Below, in pieces: positions 48,433-61,996 of a stretch of 64,000 nt of DNA (the first letter of the stretch is position 1; each line of letters starts with the position of its first letter). Location of the stretch: NCBI GenBank assembly GCA_047495785.1, contig JBLDXI010000001.1, positions 1,426,001-1,490,000 of the forward strand, in the 5' to 3' direction. The position numbers were made by a program, and so were the translations under genes. Source of the DNA: Lepidodermella squamata. Its lineage: Eukaryota > Animalia > Gastrotricha. The notes beneath the pieces are model-generated. The model saw nothing but the letters and a program-made list of their open reading frames with translations. It was not told the origin of the DNA and did not search any database.

Positions 48433-50740
48433 TCAAGATTGAGGCGGCTGGGGCGAAGTACCGAGCACGAAATCAAGGACTGATGAGACGAATTTTCGTT
48501 TTTCGTCCGTGCTAGGCCGCCGGTTGGCCGCGTTCTGAAGGGCTAGACAAGCTTCTGGTACTGAAATGTGATGATGCGAATGTTTTCGTGCAGAAATAAA
48601 TGGATGAGCAAGAAGGTCATTGGCAGTTGGTCTCGATTTAGGATTTTTGTTCAGACACGCTCGAATCACTGATATCATTTGCTGCTCGCTATTCAGCACT
48701 TGCTCGCAAGATTCGTGAAGCATTTCTCGGGGCGGGCATGGAATTTCGAATTCCGTCGGCCATGCAGCTACGGTTGAAATTTTCGAGATTGCCGTATCCA
48801 AATGGCCAATCGGTGAAAGACCAAAGGCGAGCTCGTGCAATATGCAACCAAGGGCCCAAATATCGCCGGCCGGGGACGTTCGCCGATCGTGAAGCCGCTC
48901 CGGGCTCATGTAGTCCAGGGTTCCGCACAACTTATCGAATTCCAGCTGACTAGTCGCATCTGTTGCCAGCTGCCTTGAAACCCCAAAATCAATCAATTTC
49001 AGCCGGCAGCCGTTTGTGAACAGAAAATTGCTGGGTTTGAGATCGTTATGAACTATGCCGCGAGAATGCAGCGTTGAGATTGCATGGGCCATTTGTCGAA
49101 AAACCGAACGGCAAAGGTCGGGATCGGCGATGAAGGCAGGCATGGGCGGCGGAGCAGTTGACAGCGACCGCATCCAGGAGGCTAAATCGGCATTTCCAAG
49201 CTCCATCAAAATCATCAGAGCCGAGTTCTTGAAAACAAAAATACGAAAATGACACAAAAAACAACAAAATAAACGAAGAAAACAAAAATGCAGATCGGGT
49301 AAATTCTAACACCTACCTTAAAATTTTTACAACAAAAACATTTTTTAGCGGTAATATTGAAATAAATTATTGTATGACAGTAAAAAAGTGAAAAAATCAA
49401 TGTTCCAGGATATCAGAACGAAGTAAAATAAAAAAGGGCTTCAAAGTCTACCATCGGAAAATTTCCCTTTTCAAAATTAATCAATCATCCACCATTATTT
49501 TGTTATTTTCACACACACACTGCCCTCCTTCGATGCTTATTGGAGTTATTCCGAGATGAGGAGTTTTGCTAATAAATTGGACAATTCAACTTTCCAACAT
49601 TTCAAACTTGATAAACCCCACTATTCCCTTGTTAACGGTCATGATGTGGTATAAAATATTATAACTCAGTTCGACCCGTACCTTTTTCCGAACAGCAGCA
49701 ACTTCGTATACTCGAACGACACACCCGGTATCAGCCAAACTGCGCAGCATATCAGCTTCACGCATCGCATCATTAAGCTGACTTTCTGTGCCAACTCTCA
49801 CTTGCTTCAGCGCAAATAGCTTTCCATCACTTTCTGCAGCAACAGCGAAAACGTTCGAAAATCCACCACTGCCAACCAGACGAAGCACTCGATACGTCTT
49901 CGCACCCATGCGCAGTTGGCTAAACATGACGGAAGACGACTGGTTTTCATGATGAATTTGCTCCTCGTTTGCAGCTTGTTGAGCTGGAGGATGGTTGAAA
50001 TGAACTGGTTGATGCGCAGGAGGAGGCGGTAGAGGAATCGGTTCCCGATGTTGCTCAACCAATTTCGGCTTTTCGTGGCCTTGGTGGCTCGAATAAACTG
50101 CACCTTGACTTTTATTAAGCTGGCTCGATGCGTGCGAGTGGTTTTGAGCGTTTCGAATAACAGCATTCTCTTTATCAAAAATCAACGCTGATTTCGGTCG
50201 CGGGACAGTATTGCCATGATTTTTAGGTGGGGATAGTGGCATCAAATTAGGCTTCGAAGCACTGCTAGGCGGCATGTTGCCATGATGTAGTTGCCTACTC
50301 TCAACATTTCGCTGCTGAATTTCTTCTTGGTATGACGAAATCGGTTTGAAAATGTTAGAATTAGGCAAAGGAGCAGTGTGATTTTCATCCGAGGTTTTTG
50401 CCAGATCTTTCGGACTATCGCTTATAAAACCGGAATCCTTGTTGTGAAAAGCCATTCCAGGGACTCGGGGCAGATGGTGACTCGGCAAATTTGCATTGGG
50501 TCTGGCGGATTGCTGGTAATTCGAATCCGGGCTCTCATTTTCGGACGGCGATTGACTTATAGGGAAGAGCGAGAGAGTTGATGATGAATAAGCTGTTCTG
50601 GGAGCGACGTGATGATGCGGTTCCAGGGCACTCACGGAGGCATGGTGTTGCAGGGGGTGATCACGGGGCGATTCGGACTGGGCCGTATCAAGCGCCTTGA
50701 TCCGGTCAAGAAGTCTTTCCCGACGAGCAGCCAGGGTTAT
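48433..50740 (-). CDS. TTK: Mps1/TTK dual-specificity spindle-checkpoint kinase (start codon uncertain)
   Basis: GSGGFSNVF, FALKQV, LMELGNADL, IVHNDLKPSNFL, LKLIDFG, GTLDYMSPE, DIWALGCIL, RPTANDLLAHPF; ~450-nt intron within the kinase domain. Confidence 0.8.
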
Positions 50741-50867
50741 AACTACTTAATTCAACACATAACTAAAAATAAAACAAAATCATTCAATTTTTCGTCAATT
50801 TATTAAGGTGTACATATAGGTATTTAAACTTTTTTCGTGAGCGCAACAAAATAAATGTGGGGCTTTA

Positions 50868-52192
50868 TCACTTTTTCTTAGCACCACCCTTCGCCGCGCC
50901 GCCTTTCGCGCCACCCTTGGGTGCTTTGGCAACGACAATTTTTTGTTTCTTCTCCTGTTTCGGGTCGATTTGGTACATGACAGTCGGCTGGTCAAGTTGG
51001 AACAGCAGCTTGTCATACAAATTTTCCGGCAGCTTTTCGCTCGACTCGGCCGGGTAATAAGTCGGGAAGGGCGGCGGGTTCTTTCTATCAATGGCTGAGT
51101 GGTGCTTCCAGAACGTTGAATCCATCACTCGGACATACGAATGAATCGGCCCGGGTACGGCCGCCCCGTGCACGTAGATCACATTATAGGCGGTATTGAC
51201 CCGCCAAACTTTGAGACCACGCTGAGTCCGCCACTGCACGCCCATGTGGCCAGGCATACGAATGCCCTTCCAGACGTGACCCCACATCGAAGGCGCGGCT
51301 AATGAGCCGAGACGACGATGCGACTTGGTACAGCCGTGACTGGCCGGACCGCCGGACATGTTCCAACGCTTCATAACACCCTGAAAACCGTGGCCAATCG
51401 TCTTAGCCTGGACATTGACGAAATCACCCGGGCGGAAATGCGAGGCGTACAGTGGCGTTCCGGGTTGAACAGCCGCGTTGGGTGTGACCAAAAAACGGGT
51501 CAATTTTCGCTTCGGAGGCACTCCTGATTCTTTGAACAGATCCAAGTAACTCGGGTTGAACATGTGAGGGTCGCATGACAGCGCGCCTACAATCTGGCAG
51601 CCATAGCCCTCGCCCCAATGGCGAGCTTTATAACGCGGACTTTTCGCAAATTCATCCGGTGGGATGTAACCGACAACGTGATTGTCCAAAACTTGCAACA
51701 TAGTAGTTATAACTCGTTCACCGGTTATCGTCCATTGAGTACAGGCGCCTAGTTTGATCGCTAGAACTCCAGTTCGAACTGTTCGGTTGTGTTCCTCCCA
51801 CTTGCCGCGCTTCCATGGCGCGTCTTTCAGCGGGGAGGTCGGCGAGACAATGGGCTGGTAAACTGCGGCAACTGCGTCGGATAGAAACTGACGATTCTCT
51901 GACGTCAAATCTTGCGTGTTATCCAACATATTCGTCTTTCGCCGACGCCACCAAGACATCGGCTTGCATGTTCGCTTCCTGTCGGCATGCCGTCTCACCC
52001 GCATTCGCACCATAGGAGCGGGCATTGCCATATCAGGCAAAATACCTCCCATTCCAAGAATGGTATTAGGCCTAGTGAAAAACAGAAGTTTAAGAAAAAA
52101 TCGAACTTATTGAACCAAGATCACCTCAGCAGGGTAGAAGGCGCCTTGAAAGCATAGCCCGTGAATACGGACGCTTTGAATATCCAAGACAT
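50868..52192 (-). CDS. MRPL3: Mitochondrial large-subunit ribosomal protein L3
   Basis: Presequence exon MSWIFKASVFTGYAFKAPSTLLR; RTGVLAIKLG, KTIGHGFQGVMKRW, PASHGCTKSHRR, MPGHMG, PPFPTY. Confidence 0.93.
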
Positions 52193-52273
52193 ATCAAGTA
52201 ACAATCTAGGGAAATCACAGTTTATTTGGCTAAAAAATAAACAATTTGTTGGATGAGCTAAGACTATCACTCC

Positions 52274-52577
52274 TCATGTCCGGATGAAGGAAGGGACTTT
52301 CTGACGTTCTTCTAACAAAACTTGTTCCCGCTGAGCTTTAGGCACGCCATTGACTTTACGAAACACAGTGCGCTATAATTTCAAAATACTAGTCAAGTAT
52401 TTGAAAAAATTACTATCTTACCTCCCAGGTTAAGCAACGAGTCAACTCTCGATCGACATCATTGCAGGCACCTGCGAAAAATCGGCCAACGCTGTGCTCT
52501 TCGTGGCACTTTTTCAGCTTCTCAATTATGACGTTGCATTCCGGCGTGTGAAGATGAGGCGATAGATTAGGATGCAT
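52274..52577 (-). CDS. CMC2: COX assembly mitochondrial protein 2 (twin CX9C), absent from ORF track
   Basis: [45 protein letters not shown]|RTVFR...FIRT*; intron ~52373-52421. Confidence 0.88.
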
Positions 52578-52756
52578 TTAAATCTCAAAAATTAATAATG
52601 TCTATAAATTTAAATAACTTGGTTAAGCACGCAAAAGCTTTACCATAAAATTGAAGCGAAGAAAATTGAACAAATCATATATAAAAAAATCACCAGCGAA
52701 ATAAGGCGGAAATGACAAAAACTTATCACTGATACGTCAGGAAAAATAGCAGTTTG

Positions 52757-55213
52757 TTAAATTGTGAAGTTGAATTTGACTTTGCAAATGTATTTCATCG
52801 CAATTTGAGTAGTATCGTAAACGATGAACTCGTTGTAAAGCAAAGCGAATCGAGGGGCGTTCGGATCGGGATTCGGAACCATGCGACCGACAGGAACCAC
52901 GGTCCCGTCATCCAGAGTAACAAAGGTAGTTGAATCGGGAATAAATTTTCCAAGGCCCTGAAATAGAATTATCATTAAAATATAAACTCCCTGAACAAAA
53001 TTAATTACCTTGACAGAATTGTAGCCTTTTGGCAACTGGTCGGCCTTAGAATCAGCAGCCATCAGCTCGCGGGGCTTTCCAAGCGCAACTTTACAAAGCA
53101 GAAGGAAACCGACATCTCGAAGTGCAGAGGTTTGGCAGTAATTCGCGGATTTCGAAGCTGAATCAGCGAAATAGACGCCCTTACCGAACATGTATCCGGT
53201 GCTCGGGGCTTCGGGAGGTGCGATTCGCAAGCCCTGGCTCAAAATTCCGTAGTAATTGGTCAAACGTGATCCGTGCCATAACAACACGTTATTTCCAACA
53301 TCGGAACGGAAATTGGCCAGCTCGTCATGACGTTCAACAGCCAAAACTTCGAGAAGCTCGGTTTTGTAAGTATTATGAGTAGCCCCATGAGTTTCATGCA
53401 GGTACCGATTGATCAGGTTGAATTCCGACGAATTCTTCTCCACTGGTGCCATTGAACAATTCAAATTACGATAATGCTTGTCCAGAGGATGTTCAGGCTC
53501 TCCGAGGCTTTTCTCTTCCTTCATCGAATGAATCGCGATTTCAATGTCGCCCAATGTCTCTAGCAGCTCCAGTTTCGATTTCAATTCAGCTGAGGTAGAA
53601 ATCAACGGCGGCTGACGCATACCAAAGTAGTGCGGAATTCGAGTGTAAAATTCGTTGCACGCCTCCAAAAGAGCTTGCCTACCCGAAGAAGATAGTGAGG
53701 TACTCTTTTTGCGAGTTGACGACACCTGCCGAGCTGATTCGTCGCTTTTTGATTCAATAATGTCAGCGATTTTCTTCAAGGCCGAGTATCCAGCTTTCAA
53801 CTGCTGGGTGGTCAACTTTCCAAGTGGCGCTTTTTGCACATCAAAATTCATTGAGACGACAACTTCTTCCATCTCTTTGATATCGCAAATCATCTCAAGA
53901 AATTGCTGAAGTCTAATGTCTAGCTTCGAATCAACCTTTGGCTCATTTTCAGGTTTTCTTTTCGCGCCTTCGCGACTTCCTACTGATCCTTTACGCTTCA
54001 TGCCACTTTTGACAGAGTCCGGAACGTCCTGTTCGTTTTCAGTATCTTCCTGATCGACGCTTTCACCGTCGTTGGAATCGGCTCCGAAGTCACGCTCAAT
54101 CAAATCATATTTACCACTTTTCTTGACAAATTGCTTCCGATCTGCCCAGGCGTTACCAGTTTTCTGTAAGAATTTGTTTTCGAATAAACGCCGAGCTTCA
54201 TCAATATCGGATCCGACTGGCTCCAGATTATTTTGACCTTTATAGCCAACGCGACCCCAGCGAGTCCACACCCAGAACTGCTTCCCACCTTCGGCTTCAA
54301 TGACTTGAATGATGTAGTATTTATTATTATTCTGAGCCACATTCGTTTGGTTTAGCAGAACATCGTATATGTCTCCAGTGGTGCCGTCGGCGTATATGTT
54401 ACATCGCGTAGATGATCCGATAATCGGTATAGCTTCAGGGTCAACGGGAGGACGGCCTTTAACGGTTCGCATCATCGACTTTATCGTCTGACTAACTGAT
54501 GACGGCGCAGCAGATTTTGACGCACTGGATTTGGAGGAGCTGACCGAGTCCTCAACCTCAGCTTTTACTGTATTACTCTCAGTTGCTTTAGACTGCAATC
54601 GGGAGATCTTACGGCGGTAACCAGTCTCAAGGCTCTCCTGGTGCATGCGTCGGAACTGGATAGTGTAAGACTTTCCAGATATGTCGCATTTAAGCTCATG
54701 CTCGCCTTTTTCATAAGATTCTGCAAACAGAAGGGATTCACGCGGGTGGTAGCTGCGCCAAGAATTTTTATCGTCCTTGAATGACCAAACATAGTAATCT
54801 GAAATACGAAAACCAGGGCCTTAGAAATTTAAAACATCAACACTCATTTGTTAAACCTCACCTCCTGATGGGTCAGCGACTGCACAACGTAGGTATTTAA
54901 CATCTCCAGCGTCATTACTAGCTGTCAAATTACTTGAGGATAACTTGAACTTCACACCCTGAACCTCAAATTCAGCCTAAAATAACATTAGCAATGTGAT
55001 TCGAATTATTCGGCGCATAAACAGCGATACCGATTGTTCGTTGTCGTTATAAGCTGTCCGTATAGCGGTCTGGGCACTGTCCGGTAGAATATTCCAAGTC
55101 TTCTTATCCAGGGCAATTTCGAACCTCAGCTTATCAGCTAAATTGAAATATAAATTGTAGATGACATAAACGAATTCAACCAAGCCCAAACCTGGCAAAT
55201 CTGATTTAGCCAT
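52757..55213 (-). CDS. PARP2: PARP2-like poly(ADP-ribose) polymerase with N-terminal WWE domain(s), WGR, helical and catalytic domains
   Basis: WWE-like YVWSFKDDKNSWRSY..YTIQFRRMHQ..TGYRRKISR; WGR NNNKYYIIQ..WGRVG; PLGKL, FYTRIPH; catalytic WHGSR, GKGVYFAD, YNEFIVYD; 51-nt in-frame intron near 52959-53009. Confidence 0.88.
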
Positions 55214-55835
55214 GAATTCTGGTCAGTTCACAACTCAAAAAATGGAACAAACAGAAAACTAAATAAGTAATCGAGCATCAGAAATGAGGATTGCATTTTT
55301 TGAAAAATAAGCAGTCACAGGTCACGAATCAGGATCCAAGTTCTGAATTTTCAACTGATTAATTGGATCAGCTAGAACCCACACATAACAAAATAAAGTA
55401 CAGCCAAAATGCCAGTAGGTAAAAATTGAAAATTTGCAAGCCACGAAGTCGTTCGAAAATAACACCCTAATCTCCTATCTCTAATCCCCAGTCTCAGATT
55501 TAAGGCGTGACTATTAATAAAATATCCACGTACTATTACATTGTTATCAGGACAACATATCACATAAAGAGGGCTAAGCAGCAGCTTTAGGCTTTAGGAA
55601 CAGAGCCAATTGTGGCAATTACGGGTGTGATTGACACAGGAATTGATCAAGCTACCATCAGCTAGCCCCTCACCCGTCATTTGGCAAAAGATTAACAGTT
55701 GCTATCGCAGTTGAGATTTCCGCCATTTGAAAAGGAAAAAAGCAAGGCAAAAGGGGCAGGGATCCCGGGTTCCAACGTTAGACACAGGTAAGTCGACCTC
55801 ACTTTGTGCTCAGGTTCCTGCCAGGTTTTTTGCCA

Positions 55836-58129
55836 CCCTACTGATAAGATTTAAATTGATGATAACGTGCCACGATCGTAGATGCAAATTTATAATTTTG
55901 AGCAAAAATCGTGGTGAAAAATTGAAACGATCGTGCCACGACACATTATTACGAAGTTGCCACTTTGATACCACGTTTTCATCAATTTTTATTGTACGAT
56001 CGTGGAACGATGCATTGTACACACACGCACATTCGTCCCTTTTTGGTCTTGATTACGCAATCAATTTTCACGATCGTACGAGCATCGTACTACGATCGTA
56101 TCAATTTTTTCAAAAAGGGACACACAAAAAAAAATACCCCACATGCAGCAAGTGCAAACACAAATTTTGCAACTCGACTGCACTGTGGGGTGAAAAACAG
56201 TGTCTTGACTTCCAGTGGATCAGCAAACCAAATTCAAAAATTTCAAACTATTAAATCAAAGCAGGTATAAAAAAGTTAGCTGGAATCATAATTCTTCGGA
56301 ATTTGAAGTCAGATAATATTGCAAAAAAACGGCAATAATTGAGGTACTGATAAAGCTGAGCCAATGAAACTGTAAAAATTTCGAAAGACTGTTTAGTGGT
56401 CACTCGCTAAATCGGCGATTTTTCCCTTGTTTTTAGCATATTTATATTATGCGAAAACGACCGGCGCGACATGCAAAAACAGGACGCAGTTAGAACTTTG
56501 AAGTTTTTAGACAATTTTAAATTAAAGTAGCAATATTTTCAAGAAGTAGCGTATTCCCTAAGAACGAGCGCCTGTTTCTTAGAAAACTAATGTTGGTTGG
56601 ACAATAAAATCAGTCACTGCTAATAGCTACCGCCAGCAAGATCCCGATGTAGAATTACCGAAAATGTGATCGACTGGCCTTAGCCGCGGCTCTTCATCAA
56701 CTCTACCCCGACGTGGAAAGCAAAATTGTAAAATAACTTGAGCAGAAAATAAGCCGAAAAATGAAGTGTGAAATATATTTTACAAAATTGATACAATATG
56801 AAACTGGCCGAGATTTGGATTTGGATTTTCAAAGCCACGAAAAAGCCACCTTAGAATCCCCAGAAACATCGATTTCGGTTTATTCGCAATCGATTTCTGA
56901 TTTTTTTCAGAAAAAAAATCAGAAATAGAGTAGAGCTCGAGTGATGACAGCACTTGGTCAATCTCAAATACTCGGTCCAAGGGAAAAATTGGGGAAATTT
57001 TGCCTCCAAATGAATGAAAGGCTTGATCAATTGTCATCGGCCCGGGGAAATTATTCGTAAAGCGGCCAACGTGCAATGGTGGAGCGAGTTAACCGAAAAT
57101 GTGAAGAGCTTTGACAGCTCGTGAGGGCATCAGTAAACAGTCGATCACATTTGCGCCAATCCGGCATTTTAGCTTAGTTATGACTGACTCTGAGTGACAG
57201 AAAGCTTGAAAGATTTCCAGAGAAACGAGAATTCCTCAGCTATCATCGCGCGTATCATTTGAATCATCGCAGTTACGTATCTTGATTCAGAAGATAGACC
57301 GTGTACTCTAGAGGACGTAATGCAGCGCTACTGGCTAGTTGAAGCGAGAGTTGACGGACGTGGTGCGAATGATTTGGCCTCGGTTGTTCTCGGTTCCTTG
57401 TCTAGACAACAATCAGAACCGAGAATAACAGTTGTTTTTTTCAGGTGGCTGAGAACAAGCAGCTGCCTCTAAAGGTGCCGTGGGCTCATCATTGTTATCT
57501 ATGGCCCATGATAAGAATCTTAGTTTCGCTCTTAAGCTAAAATAAAACAGAAGTGCCAAATAGCTACCATCTACTAAGAAATCATGAATACAGATGTCCT
57601 GGCAAAAACACTGATGGCGAAATCTAACATTAAAGCCACATGTCTAATACATACCCTCTAGCAATACAACATGCAACTCAACTTCATTCCATTAAGGTAA
57701 CATTGTAACATAAGGCGCACGAAAAGCGAAAAGGCTCTATCGGGGACTTAGCCGATTTCGGCAGCTCTCACGACTTCGGACTTGGCATTTTTCAGACAAA
57801 ACGACGTTACAGCGCACAAAAATAAATTATTTTTGAACTTAATTAAAATAGAAATCTCACAAAATATTTAGAACATGATTTAGCAAACAATTTGAGTCGG
57901 ATAACACGAATTTCCTACAAACTAAGGCGCTAGCAGCCGCCGGGAGCTGACCGGCGATCCACGACTTGATCAATTTTTTGAGCTAAGTATCACGATCGTA
58001 GTACGATCGTTGAGAAAAGCGAGTAGCGAAGTGGCAACTTGATTTCATGTGCATTGGTACGAAATTTTCAATTTTTCACCACGACCTCTACGATCGTAAT
58101 ACGTTTTCATCAATTTTCTATCGGTAGGG
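55836..58129. mobile_element. Non-autonomous CMC-type DNA transposon (2.3 kb)
   Basis: CA|CCCTACTGATA..AATTGATGATAACGT..ACGATCGTAGA versus TCTACGATCGT..ACGTTTTCATCAATT..TATCGGTAGGG|CA; 2-bp TSD; subterminal ACGATCGT arrays at both ends. Confidence 0.75.
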
Positions 58130-58508
58130 CAGCGGGCGGACGATTGGAGCGCGCGCTTCGGAGCGATTTGAAATTCATAAAAATAAAAGTTTGTGAATAT
58201 TACGAAAATATGATAAAATTGGTTATTCCGCCTCGAAACATATCTAATGTGGAAAAAAGTTGGGTACATCGTTGGTCACGTGACATCATGACCAACGGTT
58301 CATCTAACGAGAAGTCATGTCCCGAATCTCACGGCTCGCGGTGGCTGTCCGCTGCTTTTGACTCTAGACGCCGTCGTAACGCTCTACTTCGTTCGGCGTT
58401 TGATGTTCAGCGTTGAATTATGCTCGCCAATACTTCCTCAATTCGACTATTTCCTCTAAATCTAAAATCCGATACAGAAGAGTTTAAAGTTTAAGCGATT
58501 AAAGCGAT

Positions 58509-60426
58509 CCCACTGAAAACAGCTCCGCGAAGGATTTCAGACGAAGAATGAAGAGGTCCGAAACCTGTTCTGGCCCAACTATACAACGGCATCAAATCCC
58601 GGATGGCGCTGACGCGCCCATCCTCATACCACTCGCCATTCTGAGCGGCGATTATGCTAATCCTTTTTCGGTAGCTCGGAGTAACAAACTTCTGAACTCA
58701 TTCGGGATCAAATCGTATGTGAAGATTTATATAGTACTTCAGTCCTTTTGGAAGGATTCACAAGTCATGGCTCCCGCACAGCATAAAAGGCTATGGTACG
58801 CAGAGATAATTGAGATAATTGAGTTCTCGCCGAATGAGTAATTATTTTTTTATTGATATTGTGAATAGTTATTTAAACAAGGTATCAACTGACAACTCAA
58901 GACTTTTCATTCTTTAACATTTCTTCTGCTAAACGATGAATTCGTCCATAAATTGTATCACGATGAACGTCGGCTGAAAGAAAAGTCAGTGTTTCATTTG
59001 CTGAGTTGAATCATGGCTACTTGACCCTCCCTTATATGGTGCCCATAGTCCACGCGCAAGTTTTCACCTGGGTAACTGAAGTAGGTACCTCCCGAAATAA
59101 CGAATGGACAACGTATGACAACGTTGATGATATTATTAAGAGTGCCCAAAACACATCTACCCTAACCATTATATTAGTTAGAGAAAGTCATTACTTTTAG
59201 GCAATATGGTACGCTTTTCCGAATTTAATCGATTTCTAACCATAGTATATAATTTAATATAATTATAGTACTTACTTTAGTTTACTAAACTATTCGGTCA
59301 TTCACGGACACGAAAAATCGACATTGGATGCAATTTATCCATTTCCAAAAATTTTTGGACTAAATACCTAGATCATAGCCCTATTTTTATAATTCATTTT
59401 TGTATCATTTTATTCATTTTTGTATCCAAGCCATGTTAAATCACCAGAATTGGTGTCAGGGTCTAACATCCATCCATCCATCCATTTAAATGTTTAATAT
59501 TATATTTTCTAATATTAAAATGTTCAACACCGGTCAAAAATAATCGTGGGTCCATAGAAACTCAGATCTATGGGTTACGCAATAGATATGGTCAAATTGA
59601 TAACACCAATCGATAGCGCTTGTCGACTTTACTAATTCAATCCCTTGACTGTAACGCAAATCTATATCCATGAAACTACTTGAAAACACATTTTTCCCAT
59701 ACTAAACTGCGTAGGTCTGAGTCCAATAATTTTTTCTTCGGGAAGCTATGTAAGAAAGGGAGTGGCTGTCCCGGTATAAGTTGTAATGCTTTTTCACTCC
59801 ATTTGATGAGAGCTACATTTTGGCACCAACATTAACTCGATAGGAGAAAGTAAAATAAAATTGACCCATTAGCGAACGATCGAATAATCAGCAGGGGCGT
59901 GACCAGGAAAATTTGTTGGTAGTTGTTATGGATCTGAGAGTGAAATAATTCGATTTTCAACAGTATCGACAATTTCGACCGAAGCGAGTAAAATTTATGG
60001 CAAATTTGCAATAATTTCCCACACGTTATAAGCAATTGAGCCATTTTCTAGACAAAATAAGCCGAAGAGGGGTTTTTAGGTTTTCATTTTGGTATTTTTA
60101 TTTATTTGAACATAACCAAAACAATCAGCAGGTTTTGCCGCTGATTATGAGAGACACCCTCCTTAGAATATAGATTTATGAAAAGATGTGACAATTTAAA
60201 AGATCCGACTAAACTTCCGTAGGGTTTTGGGGAGAATAAAGTCATATTCGTCATCACGGTAGATTATTTTTCCGTGGCATTAATCGCCGCTCAGAATGGC
60301 GAGTGGTATGAGGATGGGCGCGTCAGCGCCATCCGGGATTTGATGCCGTTGTATAGTTGGGCCAGAACAGGTTTCGGACCTCTTCATTCTTCGTCTGAAA
60401 TCCTTCGCGGAGCTGTTTTCAGTGGG
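58509..60426. mobile_element. Non-autonomous DNA transposon with 146-bp TIRs (CMC-like)
   Basis: AT|CCCACTGAAAACAG... 58509-58654 is the reverse complement of 60281-60426 ...CAGTGGG|AT; 2-bp TSD. Confidence 0.88.
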
Positions 60427-60472
60427 ATATGATGTAGTTTTCGGAGGCTAAATTCTGCTAAAGAAGTTTTTT

Positions 60473-60700
60473 TCTTTAGTAGAAGCGCGGACGATTTAGA
60501 ACAAGATACAAACAAGCCCCCACACCCCCCGAACAATAAAGTTTTTCTTCGAATCAATACTAAAACATATGGCTTATTTCGGACGAGATGCGGAGAGGAG
60601 AGGTATCTTCGTCCGCATTCGACTAATTCGTTTGCGGGGAATGACTTTTTACATATTTGTCTTTAGTAGAAGCGCGGACAATTTAGAACAAGATACAAAC
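60473..60700. repeat. 41-bp direct repeat
   Basis: TCTTTAGTAGAAGCGCGGAC(G/A)ATTTAGAACAAGATACAAAC at 60473 and 60660. Confidence 0.85.
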
Positions 60701-61395
60701 TATCGCGGGAAAAGCCTGTCAAAAGACCTATTGACGCGATGCGAAGTAATACGTTCGACGATTCAAGTAAAAATACTGTTTACTTACTTGTTGACGGGTT
60801 GCGATAGATTTTCACAAACTTGTCGCTTTTCGTGCATTAACCTGAGGCTTTATTAATAAATCTGTTGACTTTTGAGTTTAGCCATTTCTTTTTAATTGGT
60901 AGTTCGCCGAAATCTAAATTTATTATGCAGCATGCAGTAACATACTCCATCTGTGGGAGGTGTTCATTTTTATCAACTTGACATTAACGGTAGCAGTTCC
61001 TGTGTACGTAACACACCATTTAGCAAATGCCAAACTTCTCGTAGCCTCAAAAGATTGGTTATGTCTGATCGGCTCTTCTTTATTTTATTGTTGGTTATCT
61101 CAACAATCAACAGGCATAAGTTCCGTGTAAGGTTAGCGTCCTGTTAACATGTATAACTTGTAAGATTCATGCGATTTATGCAGAAGATCGAACGTGAGAT
61201 AGACACTGAGCGGTCTGTTTTATATCCCTGAAATCTCCATCCTCGGTTTACATCAATAAGCATTGAAGTTGAGTAATTATTAAGCAAGCAACATAAATCA
61301 TAGTCGTAAAAGGTCCATACAACACAGCTGTCACAGATGTCTGTTTATCGAAATTAAACCTCGGGGCGAATGCCTGGACCAGTCGCAAAAAAGTA

Positions 61396-61996
61396 CCGTC
61401 AACTGGGGTGACTTTAGTGGTGGGGGTCACTTTGGCGTACCAAAATGGGGTGACTTTATTAGCATCACGTGACGCATAAAAACATGCAAATAACATGAAT
61501 TTATTCAAATAACCTTCACATTATTTTATCTGCTAATAATTTTGAACGGTTATTTGACCCTTTTGGCCCTATTTTCCTAGCTGAATGTCATCCTACCGTG
61601 CGTGGATTAAATTATATTGGTTGACAGCCTCCGATCCCCTTACCGATCCTGTCTGATCACCAAATTCCAGCCGCCTAATTATTATGATTTATTTCCCCAC
61701 TCATTGTCGCATGAAAAATATGGATTCATGAAGAGAGTACATACGACGAAGTCACCCCATATGTGAAACTGCCGTTTGGGGTGACTTTCGTTACAGGTAA
61801 TTGATAATAGGCTTCGTGAGCGTATCAATTTGGTCAAAATGCCAACTGCGTTTGGCTGCAGGTCTTGCCAGCTTTCGATTGACATCCATATCGACTATAT
61901 TTCAATGTAACACACGCCCACCGCGGTCATTTGAAAGTCAGTTACGAAAACCCATGCCAATGTCACCCCACTAGGTAAAGTCACCCCAGTTGACGG
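61396..61996. mobile_element. pogo/Tc1-type MITE (601 bp)
   Basis: TA|CCGTCAACTGGGGTGACTTTA ... TAAAGTCACCCCAGTTGACGG|TA; internal GGGGTGACTTT repeats. Confidence 0.88.

Noticed and set aside
52192-52372. CMC2-MRPL3 in-frame fusion
   Set aside because: Careful translation gives TGA at 52276-52274
55870-56100. CRISPR-like periodic ACGATCGT repeats
   Set aside because: Eukaryotic context, irregular spacing, mirrored at 57990-58100 as transposon subterminal repeats
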